A stretch of 43,162 bases of DNA from a virus (Duplodnaviria; Caudoviricetes), in the IMG/VR virus record IMGVR_UViG_3300038330_000039, positions 1 through 43,162 of that record, one strand, 5' to 3'. The notes under the pieces were generated by a model, which worked only from the letters and a program-made list of their open reading frames with translations, did no database searches and was not told where the DNA came from. Position 1 is the stretch's first letter, and each line of letters opens with the position of its first letter. Positions 31,566 through 42,190 of this stretch are shown piece by piece. The translations under genes and the position numbers were made by a program.

Positions 31566-34261
31566 CCAACGGTTCCGAACGTAGCGCCACCCTGGATCGT
31601 GGCCATCATGGGGTTGGGTTGGGGAGCTCGCGGATTGCCGCGGCTCTTTGACCCAGCCCCGTTCTGCTGTGCAGCCTTGTAGTCGCGGACGTACGTCCCG
31701 AGCTCGCGAGAGAACACAGGGGAGCCAGCGCCGTCCAGGTCAGGGAACAGGATCGGGATGCGCGCGAGAAACGTATCGTCCAGCTCCTCGCCGGTCTCGT
31801 TGGCTCGAGCCAGGGTCTCCAGCGTCACCCGCTGCAGGGTCTCATGCATGCGAGGCGCCGTCGTGCGCAGCGCCTCGATCTCCTGGATCTGAGCTCCGCC
31901 GACGTTGCGCACCACCCGCCCGGGGAAGCGGACGGCGTTGACGTACACCGACCAGTCCTCGATCGCGTCTCGGTTCGGCGGGTAGCCCTCGGGCCTGGCC
32001 ATGGAGACGGCCACGTTGGGCGGCATCCGTTCGAGCAGGTAGCGGCGCTGCAGGTCCGCGCGCGCGCCCAGCGCCATGAACACCTCGGGCGCCTCCTCCT
32101 GGAGCGCGCCGTAGTCTTGCCCAAGCTCGTCCAGGAACTTCTCCTGGTCCAGCAGCGCCCCGCGCCAGCGCTCGAAGGCTGCGCCGGGGGACTCGTCGTC
32201 TCCCATGAACAGCGCCATGGAGTGAGACACGCCACGCCGCGCCGCCACCTCGCCGAGCTGCTTTGCCTCCGGGCTCAGCGTGGGCAGCCGGTCGTTGATG
32301 CGCCGCAGCGCTGCTTTGATGTCGATGGATCCGCCACCTCGCATCCGGCTGGACCGAATCCAGTCGTCCACGCCGCGCTGTGCTGCCGCCTCCGTGGCGC
32401 CGCTCAGCTTCTGGAAGGCCGAGATCAGGTCTCCCATCACGAAGCCCCGCACGGCGTTCGGGAGCGCCGCGCCGATGGCCGCGCCGGGCAGACCACCAGC
32501 GAGCCCGCCGGCAATGGCTCCACCCATGGGGAACCCGCCCACGATCTCCCCGAGCGCCTGCATTCGCTCGGTAGCGTCCACCACCTCGGAGGCCAGCCCC
32601 AGGGTGCGGCGGACCTTGGCTGTGCGCGCCTCGATCTGCCCAGCGGCGGAGGCGTCGCCGAACTGTCGGCGCACGCCAGCGAGCTCGTTCATACCGTCCA
32701 GGATCGCGTTGACATGGCGCAGCTTGCCCGGGTCGTCGCCCTTCAGCAGGGAGCGGATCTTCTTCTCCCAGCCCTCGAACTTGATCGTCCCGTCGTAGCT
32801 GCCGCCGGTGCGCTGCAGAACGCTGCGCTCGAACGTGTCCATGCTGGGCATGAGCTTGTCGGAGATCACGGCGTTGTAGGCGCGTTGCATGTCGCCGGCC
32901 TTGCCCCAGGTCTTGGAGTCTTCGAGCCGAGCACGGATCGTGCGCTCGAACGTGTCCAGCTTCGGGATCAGCTTGTTGTAGTGGACCACGTTCTCGGAGT
33001 TCAGCGCCGCTTTTTCGAGCGACAGCTTCAGCTCTTGGGTGGTGCGCTTGAAGGTGTCCAGCGCCTCGAACATGCCCTTTCCGGTGGTCGCGTTCTGCAC
33101 GGCCTTGGCGTTGTCCATGAGCGCCAGCGTCAGATCCTTTTGGCCCGGCACAGGGTAGCGCAGCCCGCGTTCTCCAATCTCCACAGCGTACGCGCGAGCC
33201 TCGGCGCGCAGCTCTCCGGCGAACGCCGCCGCGTCCTCGGCGACCGAGTTTGCTGCTGCCCGCTGCGCCTGGTGGTTCGAGCTGACGTGGCTAGCGACGG
33301 CCTGCGCCTTGTCGCCCTTGGTGGCCGCGCCGATCTCGTCAGCGAGAGAACCAAGGTCCCCGGTCAGCTCGCGCTCTGCCGCGTCCATGATGGCCTCGCG
33401 GTTGATGTAGAGCCGGCGCTGACGACCGAACCCGGCAGCCTCCGCCTCCGGAGCTCCTCCGATGGCACGCTCCAGCACGTCGTCTGCCTCGCCCCTGCTG
33501 GCGTTGTTCAGCGCGCGCTCTACGCCCGCGTCCACGGCTTCTCGTTTTCCCTGCCGGATTGCGGCCGCCTCCATCTTGGCGGGCGTGTCGAGCTCGGCCA
33601 TCAGAGGGGAGCGCAGCTCGGCGGTCTTGGCCACGTCATCCAAGGAGCTCGCGCCGCGGCCGATCTTGGATGCCCCCATGAGAGCGGCGCCGATGCCGAA
33701 GTTCAAACCGCCCCAAATCAGCAGGTTCTCGGCGTCCGCGCCGGGGTCGTCCCCGAGCTGCCGACCGCTTGCATAAGCGTCCTGCCCTGCCGCCACGGCG
33801 CCCGCGCCCAGCGACTCACCCGCCAGCGCTGCCGCTCCGCCCGCTCGAGCTGCGCTCAGGCCCGCCCGCACGATGCCGGCACCCTCCGCCAGGGCAGCGC
33901 GCCCTGCGGCTCGTCCTGCGCCCGTGGCGAGGCCTCCTAGGCCGCCGGTGACGGCAGCAATGCCAACGTCCGGCAGGACGCTGGCGGCAAAGCTGGTGAC
34001 GGGGGACAGCTCCTGCGACACCTCGGCTCGAGCTCGAATGTCCTCGTCGGAGCCGAAGCCCTCCACGGCGCCGAGGGTGGCCCCACGCAGCACGCGTTCT
34101 GCCTGCGCCTGGGCCTGCTGGCCAAAGCCGCCGAACTCCTCGGTGCGCGCGCTGTGCTCGAGCTCGGCCGCGGTGGGCTCACGGTAGCCCTGTTGCAGGT
34201 ACGCCGTCGCGTCCTCGGTGAACAGGATCTGCCCGGTTGCCGGGTTGATGACGAGAGCCAT
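31562..34261 (-). CDS. Internal virion/DNA ejection protein
   Basis: 899 aa, Ala/Gly-rich, ERVLRGATLGA motif and glycine-zipper hydrophobic segments; last of three large genes after the nozzle. Confidence 0.6.
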   Translation of the reverse strand: MALVINPATGQILFTEDATAYLQQGYREPTAAELEHSARTEEFGGFGQQAQAQAERVLRGATLGAVEGFGSDEDIRARAEVSQELSPVTSFAASVLPDVGIAAVTGGLGGLATGAGRAAGRAALAEGAGIVRAGLSAARAGGAAALAGESLGAGAVAAGQDAYASGRQLGDDPGADAENLLIWGGLNFGIGAALMGASKIGRGASSLDDVAKTAELRSPLMAELDTPAKMEAAAIRQGKREAVDAGVERALNNASRGEADDVLERAIGGAPEAEAAGFGRQRRLYINREAIMDAAERELTGDLGSLADEIGAATKGDKAQAVASHVSSNHQAQRAAANSVAEDAAAFAGELRAEARAYAVEIGERGLRYPVPGQKDLTLALMDNAKAVQNATTGKGMFEALDTFKRTTQELKLSLEKAALNSENVVHYNKLIPKLDTFERTIRARLEDSKTWGKAGDMQRAYNAVISDKLMPSMDTFERSVLQRTGGSYDGTIKFEGWEKKIRSLLKGDDPGKLRHVNAILDGMNELAGVRRQFGDASAAGQIEARTAKVRRTLGLASEVVDATERMQALGEIVGGFPMGGAIAGGLAGGLPGAAIGAALPNAVRGFVMGDLISAFQKLSGATEAAAQRGVDDWIRSSRMRGGGSIDIKAALRRINDRLPTLSPEAKQLGEVAARRGVSHSMALFMGDDESPGAAFERWRGALLDQEKFLDELGQDYGALQEEAPEVFMALGARADLQRRYLLERMPPNVAVSMARPEGYPPNRDAIEDWSVYVNAVRFPGRVVRNVGGAQIQEIEALRTTAPRMHETLQRVTLETLARANETGEELDDTFLARIPILFPDLDGAGSPVFSRELGTYVRDYKAAQQNGAGSKSRGNPRAPQPNPMMATIQGGATFGTVG

Positions 34262-34264
34262 GGA

Positions 34265-36556
34265 TTAAAGCCTTTCGAGAATGCGGGACCGGTAGCGGTC
34301 CTCGTTGCCGGTGAAATACCCGCCATCCTTCAGCGCCGCAACGTAGGCGGAGGCGTCGCCCTGCTGCAGCGCTTCCCAGGCCTTGGGGTAACCGCGCTTC
34401 AGCAGCGATAGGTGGTCCGCCACACCCTCGGCGATCGAGCCATAGGCAGCGAAGTTCTGGCGGACGCGCCTCTCGTTCTTGCCTTCGCCCTCGGTGGTCG
34501 CGGCGTTGAAGCCCTTGCGCCCGCCGGTGAGCTTGTGCCCGAACATGTTGTTGTGCTCGGCGCCCTGGCTGTCTCCGTTGCGGCTCTCGTGCGCCGCCTG
34601 GGCTACCAGGATCTTCAGACCCTCGGGCGGGAGCTCGGCGCCAGCGACGGCCTGCACGTCCTCGGCGACCTGCGCCATTCGCTGCGCCGGCTCGAGCTTC
34701 TGAGCGCTGCCCAGCGTCGCCGCGGGGTCCGGGCCTGGCTTCGTGCTCCGGAGCTGCGATGCAGCGCCACGCATCTCCTCGGCGGTGGCGGGTCGGCTCG
34801 CTGCCGGCGTGGCTGTCTGCGCCTGGCCTCCGGATTGCTGGTAACGCCGATTGTACTCGGTGACCACGTCCGGGCCGAACTGCGCCGCGTCGTGCGCCTG
34901 GTTGCTCTCGGCGTTCGCGCGGATACGCTCCAGGCCGCGAACGAGACCCTCCTCCGTGTTCAGAGCGCCGGCCTTTACGGCTGCCTGGATGTCGGCGTTC
35001 GAGATGGGGCCGGTAGGCTGCATCTGCCGGATCTGCGCGTAGGCCATCGCCTCCGCTGCGCCGCGCACCTGGTAGCCCTCGGCAGTGACGCCGCCCATGG
35101 TCGAGTACACCAGATCGGGAACCCAGTGCTCCAGGTTGCCAACCCCTTGGATGCCCTTTTTCAGCACCTCGTCTCGGTTCATGTAGTGGCCAGGCTGCCC
35201 GTTCTTTCCGGGCGACCACATCAGACCGATCTGCTGCTCGGCGCGGTTGGCGATGTTCAGCGATCCGTCTCGCTCGCGGCGCAGCTCGCCATACTTCTGG
35301 AGCATGGCCGGGTTCGGTGGCGCGGGCGGTGGAGGCGCCTTCTCGATCGTCTTGCCGATCGACAGGGTCTCGGCCGCCTGCATGTTTTCCAATTGCTTCT
35401 GCCGCAGCTGCTCGACCACGGCGGGCGTCTGCGCCTCGTACACGTCGTTTTTGGTCTTCTGCGCCAGGAGCTCCACGCGATCCGCGGCGACCTTGTAGAG
35501 CGCCGCCTTGCCCAGAGCGACGGCCTGCATGGATGAGCCGATCTGGTTACTCAGGATGCCCAGCTTGGTGTCGCGGCGCTGCACCTGTTGCCGAACGTGC
35601 GTATCGATGCGGCGCTCGATCGTGCGAAAGCCCATGTCATTGCCGGCGGCCCCGAGCAGGGTAGCGCCCAGCGCCAGCATCACAGCGCCCACCGGTCCGC
35701 CTGTTGCGCTGGTCAAGTCGGTTTCGATTCCGGAATCAACAACGGCCTGCTGCTCCTGCTGCCAGCGCTCCAGCTTGGCGCTCTGCTCTGCGATGTCCTG
35801 CTCTCGCTGATGTCGCTCGGCCTCGTTCGCGGCCATCTGCTTCAGCGTCAGCTCTTGCATGAGCCGCGCTTCATCTCGCCGAGCCTGCTCCGTTGCTTGC
35901 AGGGTCGCCCCCTGCTGCGCCCCGAGCGCCTGCAGCTGACGCTGCGCCATCTCCGGCGGTAGCGCGCCCTCGCGCTGCACCGGGATCATGCCTGCCGGGT
36001 CCTGCGTCGCCGGCTTGAAGTTGCCGGTAATGTCGAGCTCGTACGCCTGGCCGTCGGCGCCCTGGAGCACGGGAGGCGCCGCGCTCTGCTGCAGCCCGCC
36101 CGCCGGGGATTGCGGCGCCATGGCTGCCGGCGCTGCAGAGCCGCCGAACGGATCGCCCGGCGGGATGTAGCCGCGCCCCTGGTAGGGCGCCGCGGCGGTG
36201 GGCATGAACTCCTGCGCCTGCTGCGGTGTCGCCGGCTGCCCGCCGAAGTCCTGCGCCTGCATGAGCGGCTGCCCGTCGGGCCCTCGGAAGGTGCCGGTCA
36301 TGTCGACTTGCACGCCGCTGCCGTCGCCGATGTCGACCGGGGGGAGCGGCAGCGCGGGCGCCTCCTGCATCTGCGGCGGAGGCCCGATCGGCTTCTGCGG
36401 CGTGACACCGGGAGGCGGAGGCGGAAGCCCCGCCACGATCTCGGGGTCGTTCATGACATAGGACGTGGTCCCGTCGCTGTAGACCAGCTCTCCGATGCCG
36501 AGGAGATCGGCGTCAGGAACCTGGGCGTCTGGTTGGAAGTAGAGCAGGTCTCGCAT
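34265..36556 (-). CDS. Internal virion/ejection protein with C-terminal GH73 (FlgJ-like) glucosaminidase
   Basis: 763 aa; C-terminal AQAAHES, NNMFGHK, TTE, FAAYGSIAEGVADH, LKDGGYFTG..Y motifs; central coiled coil. Confidence 0.85.
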   Translation of the reverse strand: MRDLLYFQPDAQVPDADLLGIGELVYSDGTTSYVMNDPEIVAGLPPPPPGVTPQKPIGPPPQMQEAPALPLPPVDIGDGSGVQVDMTGTFRGPDGQPLMQAQDFGGQPATPQQAQEFMPTAAAPYQGRGYIPPGDPFGGSAAPAAMAPQSPAGGLQQSAAPPVLQGADGQAYELDITGNFKPATQDPAGMIPVQREGALPPEMAQRQLQALGAQQGATLQATEQARRDEARLMQELTLKQMAANEAERHQREQDIAEQSAKLERWQQEQQAVVDSGIETDLTSATGGPVGAVMLALGATLLGAAGNDMGFRTIERRIDTHVRQQVQRRDTKLGILSNQIGSSMQAVALGKAALYKVAADRVELLAQKTKNDVYEAQTPAVVEQLRQKQLENMQAAETLSIGKTIEKAPPPPAPPNPAMLQKYGELRRERDGSLNIANRAEQQIGLMWSPGKNGQPGHYMNRDEVLKKGIQGVGNLEHWVPDLVYSTMGGVTAEGYQVRGAAEAMAYAQIRQMQPTGPISNADIQAAVKAGALNTEEGLVRGLERIRANAESNQAHDAAQFGPDVVTEYNRRYQQSGGQAQTATPAASRPATAEEMRGAASQLRSTKPGPDPAATLGSAQKLEPAQRMAQVAEDVQAVAGAELPPEGLKILVAQAAHESRNGDSQGAEHNNMFGHKLTGGRKGFNAATTEGEGKNERRVRQNFAAYGSIAEGVADHLSLLKRGYPKAWEALQQGDASAYVAALKDGGYFTGNEDRYRSRILERL

Positions 36557-36559
36557 GGG

Positions 36560-39061
36560 TTAGGCTCTCGGCTGGCGCGCGGGCGCTGGGAACACCTGGT
36601 ACGGGTTCGTTTGCGGGGGAGGCACGTACTGCCCGGCCATGTTGGTTGGCAGCGGCGCTGTGCCCTGGGCGATGCGCGATGCGTTGCCCGGCGGAGGCGC
36701 AGCCGGCGTGCTGGGGAACAGGTTCGAGAACGCCGTGAGCGCGGAGCCAATCAGCTGGTAGTTGTCCTGGGTCTCCTGCCGGCGCTGGTTGTATTGCTGG
36801 CTCTGCTGCTGCATGTTGAGCTGCTGCTGATTCTGCGCGCCGCTCTGCGCGAGCGCGTCGTAGTTGTATTGCAGGTTCTGCTGCTGGTTGAACTGCTGCG
36901 CCTGGAACTGCTGCCATTGCAGGTCCAGCGCCGCCTGCGCCTGCTGCGCGTTGATGCCCAGCGCGTTGGCCTGCTGCTGCATGTTCTGGCTGGCCACGTT
37001 CCGATCGCTCTCCAGCTGCGAGAAGAACCGCACCTGCTGATCGTTCATGTTCATGGTGTTCATGGTCGCGTTGAGGTTGTCGCGAAGCACGCCGATGTCC
37101 TGCTCCCGGATGGCCGTGGAGATGTTGCCCGCCAGAGACAGGCTCTGCAGGTTGAGCGCCTGCGCCTGCAGGTCCGCGTTGCTCGCCGCGATGGCGCCAC
37201 GCTGGTTGATCTCCGAGCCCGCCAGGCGAATCTGCGCGGCTGACTGCAGGTTGTTGCTCTGGATCTGGTCGCCCTGGGTGCGGTAGCCGGCGGCCGCATT
37301 GATGGCGCTCAGCCGTTGCTGATCCATCTGCCCCTGCAGCGACGCGGCGTTCGAGATGGCGCCGAGCCGGTTCGTGTCGCCGCTGGCGTTCAGCTGCCCG
37401 GCGCTCTGCTTGGCGCTCAGCTGCAGAGAGTCCATTTGCGACTTTAGCTGACCGTACACAGTGAGCGCCTGCAGCTTTTGCTGGTCGGCCTGGCTCATGA
37501 GTGCGCCGGCGTTGGACAGCGCCGTGAGCCGCTGCGCCTCGGCAGCGCTGATCAGAGAACCCGCCTGCGCCAGCGCCTGTAGCTGCCGGGCCTTGTACGT
37601 GTCGTGCTCCTGGGCGGCCAGCGCCGCGCCCTGCCCGCGCGTCTCGGCGGCAATCATTGCGCCTTCGGTGATGGCCTGGCGCTGCATCTGTACATTGGAT
37701 GCTGGCGTGCCTCGTCCGCTCCGAGCGGTGGCCAGCGCAGCGCGCTTGTCGGCGTCCGCTTGCGCGCGCAGCATGGCCTGCGCCTGGCTCGGCCCCTGTG
37801 CCTCGTCCGCATAGGCGTTGAGTCGGTCGATGCCAGAACGATCAGACTGGAAGTTCCGCAGAGACTGCGCGTCCTGCTGGACCATGTCCGGGTTGAACGC
37901 ATACACGGCGTTCGCGCCCTCCTGCGTGTTCGTGGCCTGAAAGGCGTTGAGCTCGCGAGCGCTCTGATAGGTGGCGTCCGGGTTGTAGCCGTACAGCGCG
38001 TTGACCCCCTGCTCGCTGTTCGTGCTGCGGAACGCCTCCAGGTTGTTGATGCCCTGCTGGTCGAGTTGGTAGTTCTCCAGCCGATTCGCCCCGGAAACGT
38101 CCGCTCGCTCGGCGCGAATCGCAGCAGCGCCGCTCTGCGCGTTGAAGTTCATCGCCCGATCATAGACGGCCGTCTGCTGCGCCGAGCTCGGTGCCGCGTA
38201 CTGCGGCGCTGCGCGCTGCCCGGCGGTGGCCGCCTGCGCCCCGTACTGGCTCGCCGCCTGCTGATTCTGTGCAGCGAAACCGCTCGCCTGACTCAGCACT
38301 CGTTGCGCCTCGGCAGACAGTGCGCTGCCGCCGTTGGTTCCCATGGTGGGGGTGTACGTGGGCACTCTGTAGCCTCCTGTTCCGCTGCCGTTGACAACCC
38401 CTGGGAAGTTGCTCGGGGTGTAGTTCGAGCTGTCGCCGGTGGCCGCATACGCTTGCATCGCGGCGTCTGCCTCGGCCTGCGTTCCGATGCGTTGCCCCGG
38501 CATGGCCTGGCTGGCGTCGCCCGCGTTCAGGCGCAGCTGTGTCCCGCGCGCCGAGGGCAGCCCGCTGAGCGCTCCAATCGTTCCGCCCGCCACGGTGCCA
38601 GCGGGCCCAAACGTGGAGCCCAGCGCAGCGAGGCCAGCAGCGTTCTGGAGCGTCTGCCGGTAGCCTCCTCCGCCTGGGTCGGGTAGCGCCTCCACGGTGT
38701 ACATGGGCGTTTCGGCGTAGGCCTGTTGCGCCGCCGGGTCGTTCGTGATGTAGCGCCGACCGTTCTTGGTGTTGGTGTAGTAGAGGCCGCGCTCTGCGTC
38801 GTACTCGTACTGGTCGTCCTTGTTGCGGGCTCCACCCTCTGGAGTGAACTGCGCCGCCTCCGCAGACTTGGCGCCTTCGCTGCCCTGCCCACGGAGCGCC
38901 TGCGTTCGCGCCCAGTAGAGCGGGGTGGGCTCTCCGGTGTCGAGATAGAACAGGCCCTGCGCGTCCGTGGCGCGCGCCATCGGTGCTCGTCCGGCGCCCG
39001 CCTGCAGCTGGCCGCCTCCGCCTAGAAAGTCACCTGACGTTGCTGTGCTCTGCGTGGCCAT
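36560..39061 (-). CDS. Gln/Ala-rich internal virion (pilot/ejection) protein
   Basis: Start re-called at ATG 39061 (TAATG overlap), 833 aa; glycine zipper, ~15-aa and 18-aa helical repeats, poly-Gln region. Confidence 0.6.
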   Translation of the reverse strand: MATQSTATSGDFLGGGGQLQAGAGRAPMARATDAQGLFYLDTGEPTPLYWARTQALRGQGSEGAKSAEAAQFTPEGGARNKDDQYEYDAERGLYYTNTKNGRRYITNDPAAQQAYAETPMYTVEALPDPGGGGYRQTLQNAAGLAALGSTFGPAGTVAGGTIGALSGLPSARGTQLRLNAGDASQAMPGQRIGTQAEADAAMQAYAATGDSSNYTPSNFPGVVNGSGTGGYRVPTYTPTMGTNGGSALSAEAQRVLSQASGFAAQNQQAASQYGAQAATAGQRAAPQYAAPSSAQQTAVYDRAMNFNAQSGAAAIRAERADVSGANRLENYQLDQQGINNLEAFRSTNSEQGVNALYGYNPDATYQSARELNAFQATNTQEGANAVYAFNPDMVQQDAQSLRNFQSDRSGIDRLNAYADEAQGPSQAQAMLRAQADADKRAALATARSGRGTPASNVQMQRQAITEGAMIAAETRGQGAALAAQEHDTYKARQLQALAQAGSLISAAEAQRLTALSNAGALMSQADQQKLQALTVYGQLKSQMDSLQLSAKQSAGQLNASGDTNRLGAISNAASLQGQMDQQRLSAINAAAGYRTQGDQIQSNNLQSAAQIRLAGSEINQRGAIAASNADLQAQALNLQSLSLAGNISTAIREQDIGVLRDNLNATMNTMNMNDQQVRFFSQLESDRNVASQNMQQQANALGINAQQAQAALDLQWQQFQAQQFNQQQNLQYNYDALAQSGAQNQQQLNMQQQSQQYNQRRQETQDNYQLIGSALTAFSNLFPSTPAAPPPGNASRIAQGTAPLPTNMAGQYVPPPQTNPYQVFPAPARQPRA

Positions 39062-42000
39062 TAGCTCATGCCCTCCGGTCCGATCTGGTTGGGGACGCCC
39101 GCAGGTTCCTGCTCGATGCCCCAATAGTTGAAGTCCAGGCCGGCGGTTGCCTCGCTCTGGAAACTCTCTGTTTCAAAGTCGATCGTGCAGCTCTCGCACT
39201 TGCTCTGGTTGAACTCGAAGCGGTAAACGAACTGGTCGCCGTCCTCGAGCCCGATCACGTCGATCCATTCGTGCTCGTCTATGTCGCCGTCATCCCAGCG
39301 AGCGACGGCGCGGATTCGGCAGTTGCCGCGAAAGGTTCCGTAGAACCAGTAAGCGTATACCTTGCCGAACATGCTCGGCTTGAACGGATGCACGACGCCA
39401 GAGCGCCACGCGGTGGGCACGTACACGGACGGTGTATCGGTCACCAGCTGCCGCAGCACGGTGTTGCTCGTGGTCAGCAGGTAGAAACGCCCGTTGGCCT
39501 TGGCCGCCGCACGGATGCCGAAAGCATACGGACCCTCGGTGAACCACTCCAGAAAGCGCACGTTGAACAGAAGGATTATGCTCTCGTCGCCGTCCTCGTT
39601 GTTGCAGCAAAACCGGACCGTCTGATCCTCGCTCAGGTACTCCGCCGCGGAGATGTCCGGATACTGGTCAAGGAGCTCCTCCACTGCGAAGCCCACCGGC
39701 GTAGGCGTCACGCCGCCGCGAGGCAGCAGGTAGATCTGGTTCCGCAAGCCCTGGAACAGGATGCCGGCGCTGATCTCCACGATGCTGCGCCACCCGAGCG
39801 CGCCGCCATACAGCCCCACATCGCTGGGCAGCCGGCGCGGCGCACCGATGTCCCCGATCCCGTTGTCATCCAGGCCGGGGCCGTCCGCCTCCAGCACCTG
39901 GGTGTCTGTCCAAATGATCCGGCGCTCGTCCAGGCGAGCCACGGCCAGGGTGCGGCCGCTCACGTCTCGGTAGAACCCGAGCGTATCCGACCACTGTACT
40001 TGCTCGCTGACGAACAGGGGCCGGCTCTCCTGGATGCGTGACTCCTCGGGTAGGCCTCCGCTCAGAATCTTGTCTGCGCTGGCGGCCAGGCTGATTGCAG
40101 GGTCCGGGCAAACGAACTCCAGCGGCCCCGACAGCGCCCCGCGCGCCGCCTGGGTGTACAGGATCGGGTTGTCCGAAATGTCCACGTCGCTCTGGATCAG
40201 CAGCAGGCTTTGCAGCGAGTTGAGCGCCGCTCGTGGCACAGGGGACGACAGGTCCAGGTGGAACGTGCCGTTGCCGTCGGCCGTGTTCAGCGTGCGATAC
40301 ATTTCGACAGCCGGCGCGCTCTGCATGCCGTCGGCCGTGACCTTGTCCGCAAGCTGCGTGTCTCGCAGCGTCAGCCCGGGGTTTGCCTTGGCTCGGATGC
40401 TGGTGTCTCCCAGCCCGCCGAAGTCCAGCTCTGTCAGGTTGCTCGGAGCGCTCTGGATGCGGCGCCCCTTGGCGTCGCGGTACGAGCTGACCGCGATCAT
40501 CTGGTAGATGCCCGGGGACTCCAGCGCGCCAACGGTGGCGGACGAGACCGGCTGCGGCATGAAGGGGCGGGTCAGAAAGCCGCCGGCCTCGTAGGCGCCG
40601 CGGCCGTCGAAGGCCTGCACGATGGCGCCCGCGATGTAGAGCACGTCTCCCAGCAGCGCCGTCTGCCGCCGCTCCGTGCCAGCGATCCGCATCTCGCAGA
40701 TCTGAACCGAGCTGAACCGGTCCTCGTCCTCCACCAGGCTCAGCCAGTACACCAGGTCCGTGCTGGAGTCGTACGCAATGGACGGAAGGTGCGCCGTGTC
40801 GGCAGCGTGCGCCAGGAAGTGATCGACCACGCACACCGGGCGCAGGCAGTCGCCGTTCGTCGTGTCGTTGGTTCGCATCAAAACCGGCGTGTCGAAGTCC
40901 AGCTCCTCGGCGATGTAGCATCCGAGCAGTGTGCGCCCCTTGACCGTGATCGCCTTGCTGTTCAGCCTCAGCTCTTTGGTCTCCGAGGATCCAGAGACGA
41001 GCGCGTGCGTGGCGTAGTTTCTCGGAGTCGTGACCAGCTCGATCGTTGTCGAGAAGGATGCGGAGTATTGCAGCAGCAGATTCGGCGTAACCCCGGCGGA
41101 TTGCTTGTCATCCAGAGCCAGAGACACCTGCGCGTCTCCGTTGAGCGTGCTCTCGATGTCCGCTGAACTCACGTCCGGCGTGGTTGCCGGCGGCTTGTAG
41201 GTGTACAGGTCGATATTGTGCGTGGAGTTGCGCACGATGCAGACGTGCAGACGCTCGGTGCCTGCGTCGGCGTGGTGCAGGACGGTGATAAAGTCGCCGA
41301 GCACAGCAGGGCCCGCTGCCGTGTACGTGACCGCGCCCGCCGACGTGCAGCCGCGCAGCGCGGTGGTGGTGTCCGAGCGGGCCACGCCGATCCAGAACCC
41401 GCTGCCGGTAATGCTGGTGCTCAGGTCGTGCGCCACGACGGAGGCGCCCGCGGCCACCGGAGACGTGAGGGTAACCAGCGTCGTTCCCGTCGCGGGGTCC
41501 AGTGAGCTCAGCCCGATCGCGCCGGTGGCCGTAATCACGTACGTGATGAAAAACTTACCTCCCACGAAGCAGACGCGCGGGCGGTCGGCTCCGGAGATCT
41601 CGAAGTTGCAGAGCGTGGCATCGCTGGCCGCGTCAATCAGGCAGCCCGCCACGCTGCTTACGCTGCCCGTGTCGGGACGTAGGATTACGTCCATGACCAG
41701 GCACACGCGCCCACCACCCGCTGCCACGTCTGCCTTGGTGATCGAGCTCGGCCGGCGCCCAACCCTTCCCATCTTGCGCACGAGGGTCCCGGCGCCGAGC
41801 GCTGGCGAGGGGGGCCGGCTCCAGACGGCCGTAGGCTGCTCGACCAGCGAGTAAATCTCCTGGCTGCTGTCGACGGCCTGGGCGTAGTCGTTCATGAACG
41901 CCGAGGTTGAGCGCCCAAACGCCACGATGCCTCGGCCGTAGTTGTGCAGGTCGTAGAGACGCAGGTTCGTGATCGTGCGGTCCGAGCCCGCGCGGTTGAA

Positions 42001-42171
42001 GCCGTTCACGGTCATGCCCAGCGTCTCGTAGTCGCGCCGAGGCTTGAGCCGCCCGTTCTTGGTGCGGATTAGGTTCTCGACCGCTCGGGGAACGCCGGGC
42101 TCCTGGAGGCGGTTATCGTTCTCCTGGTGGAGACCAGGCCCAAAAGGGAAAAACAGGACCGTGGGGGGCAT
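39061..42171 (-). CDS. Tail nozzle/tail tubular protein B-like (P22 gp10-like)
   Basis: 1036 aa; N-terminal GLHQEND...VENLIRTKNGRLKPRR, beta-propeller-like body, C-terminal WRSG...FGKVY pattern; position before the ejection genes. Confidence 0.65.
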   Translation of the reverse strand: MPPTVLFFPFGPGLHQENDNRLQEPGVPRAVENLIRTKNGRLKPRRDYETLGMTVNGFNRAGSDRTITNLRLYDLHNYGRGIVAFGRSTSAFMNDYAQAVDSSQEIYSLVEQPTAVWSRPPSPALGAGTLVRKMGRVGRRPSSITKADVAAGGGRVCLVMDVILRPDTGSVSSVAGCLIDAASDATLCNFEISGADRPRVCFVGGKFFITYVITATGAIGLSSLDPATGTTLVTLTSPVAAGASVVAHDLSTSITGSGFWIGVARSDTTTALRGCTSAGAVTYTAAGPAVLGDFITVLHHADAGTERLHVCIVRNSTHNIDLYTYKPPATTPDVSSADIESTLNGDAQVSLALDDKQSAGVTPNLLLQYSASFSTTIELVTTPRNYATHALVSGSSETKELRLNSKAITVKGRTLLGCYIAEELDFDTPVLMRTNDTTNGDCLRPVCVVDHFLAHAADTAHLPSIAYDSSTDLVYWLSLVEDEDRFSSVQICEMRIAGTERRQTALLGDVLYIAGAIVQAFDGRGAYEAGGFLTRPFMPQPVSSATVGALESPGIYQMIAVSSYRDAKGRRIQSAPSNLTELDFGGLGDTSIRAKANPGLTLRDTQLADKVTADGMQSAPAVEMYRTLNTADGNGTFHLDLSSPVPRAALNSLQSLLLIQSDVDISDNPILYTQAARGALSGPLEFVCPDPAISLAASADKILSGGLPEESRIQESRPLFVSEQVQWSDTLGFYRDVSGRTLAVARLDERRIIWTDTQVLEADGPGLDDNGIGDIGAPRRLPSDVGLYGGALGWRSIVEISAGILFQGLRNQIYLLPRGGVTPTPVGFAVEELLDQYPDISAAEYLSEDQTVRFCCNNEDGDESIILLFNVRFLEWFTEGPYAFGIRAAAKANGRFYLLTTSNTVLRQLVTDTPSVYVPTAWRSGVVHPFKPSMFGKVYAYWFYGTFRGNCRIRAVARWDDGDIDEHEWIDVIGLEDGDQFVYRFEFNQSKCESCTIDFETESFQSEATAGLDFNYWGIEQEPAGVPNQIGPEGMS

Positions 42172-42190
42172 GGCGTTCCTCCACGATAGC

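Noticed and set aside
31844-33940. 698-aa plus-strand ORF and other long antisense ORFs (361-1401, 14472-15503, 34412-35536, 37604-38686, 38983-40041)
   Set aside because: Shadow ORFs opposite real high-GC genes; no motifs and biased composition.
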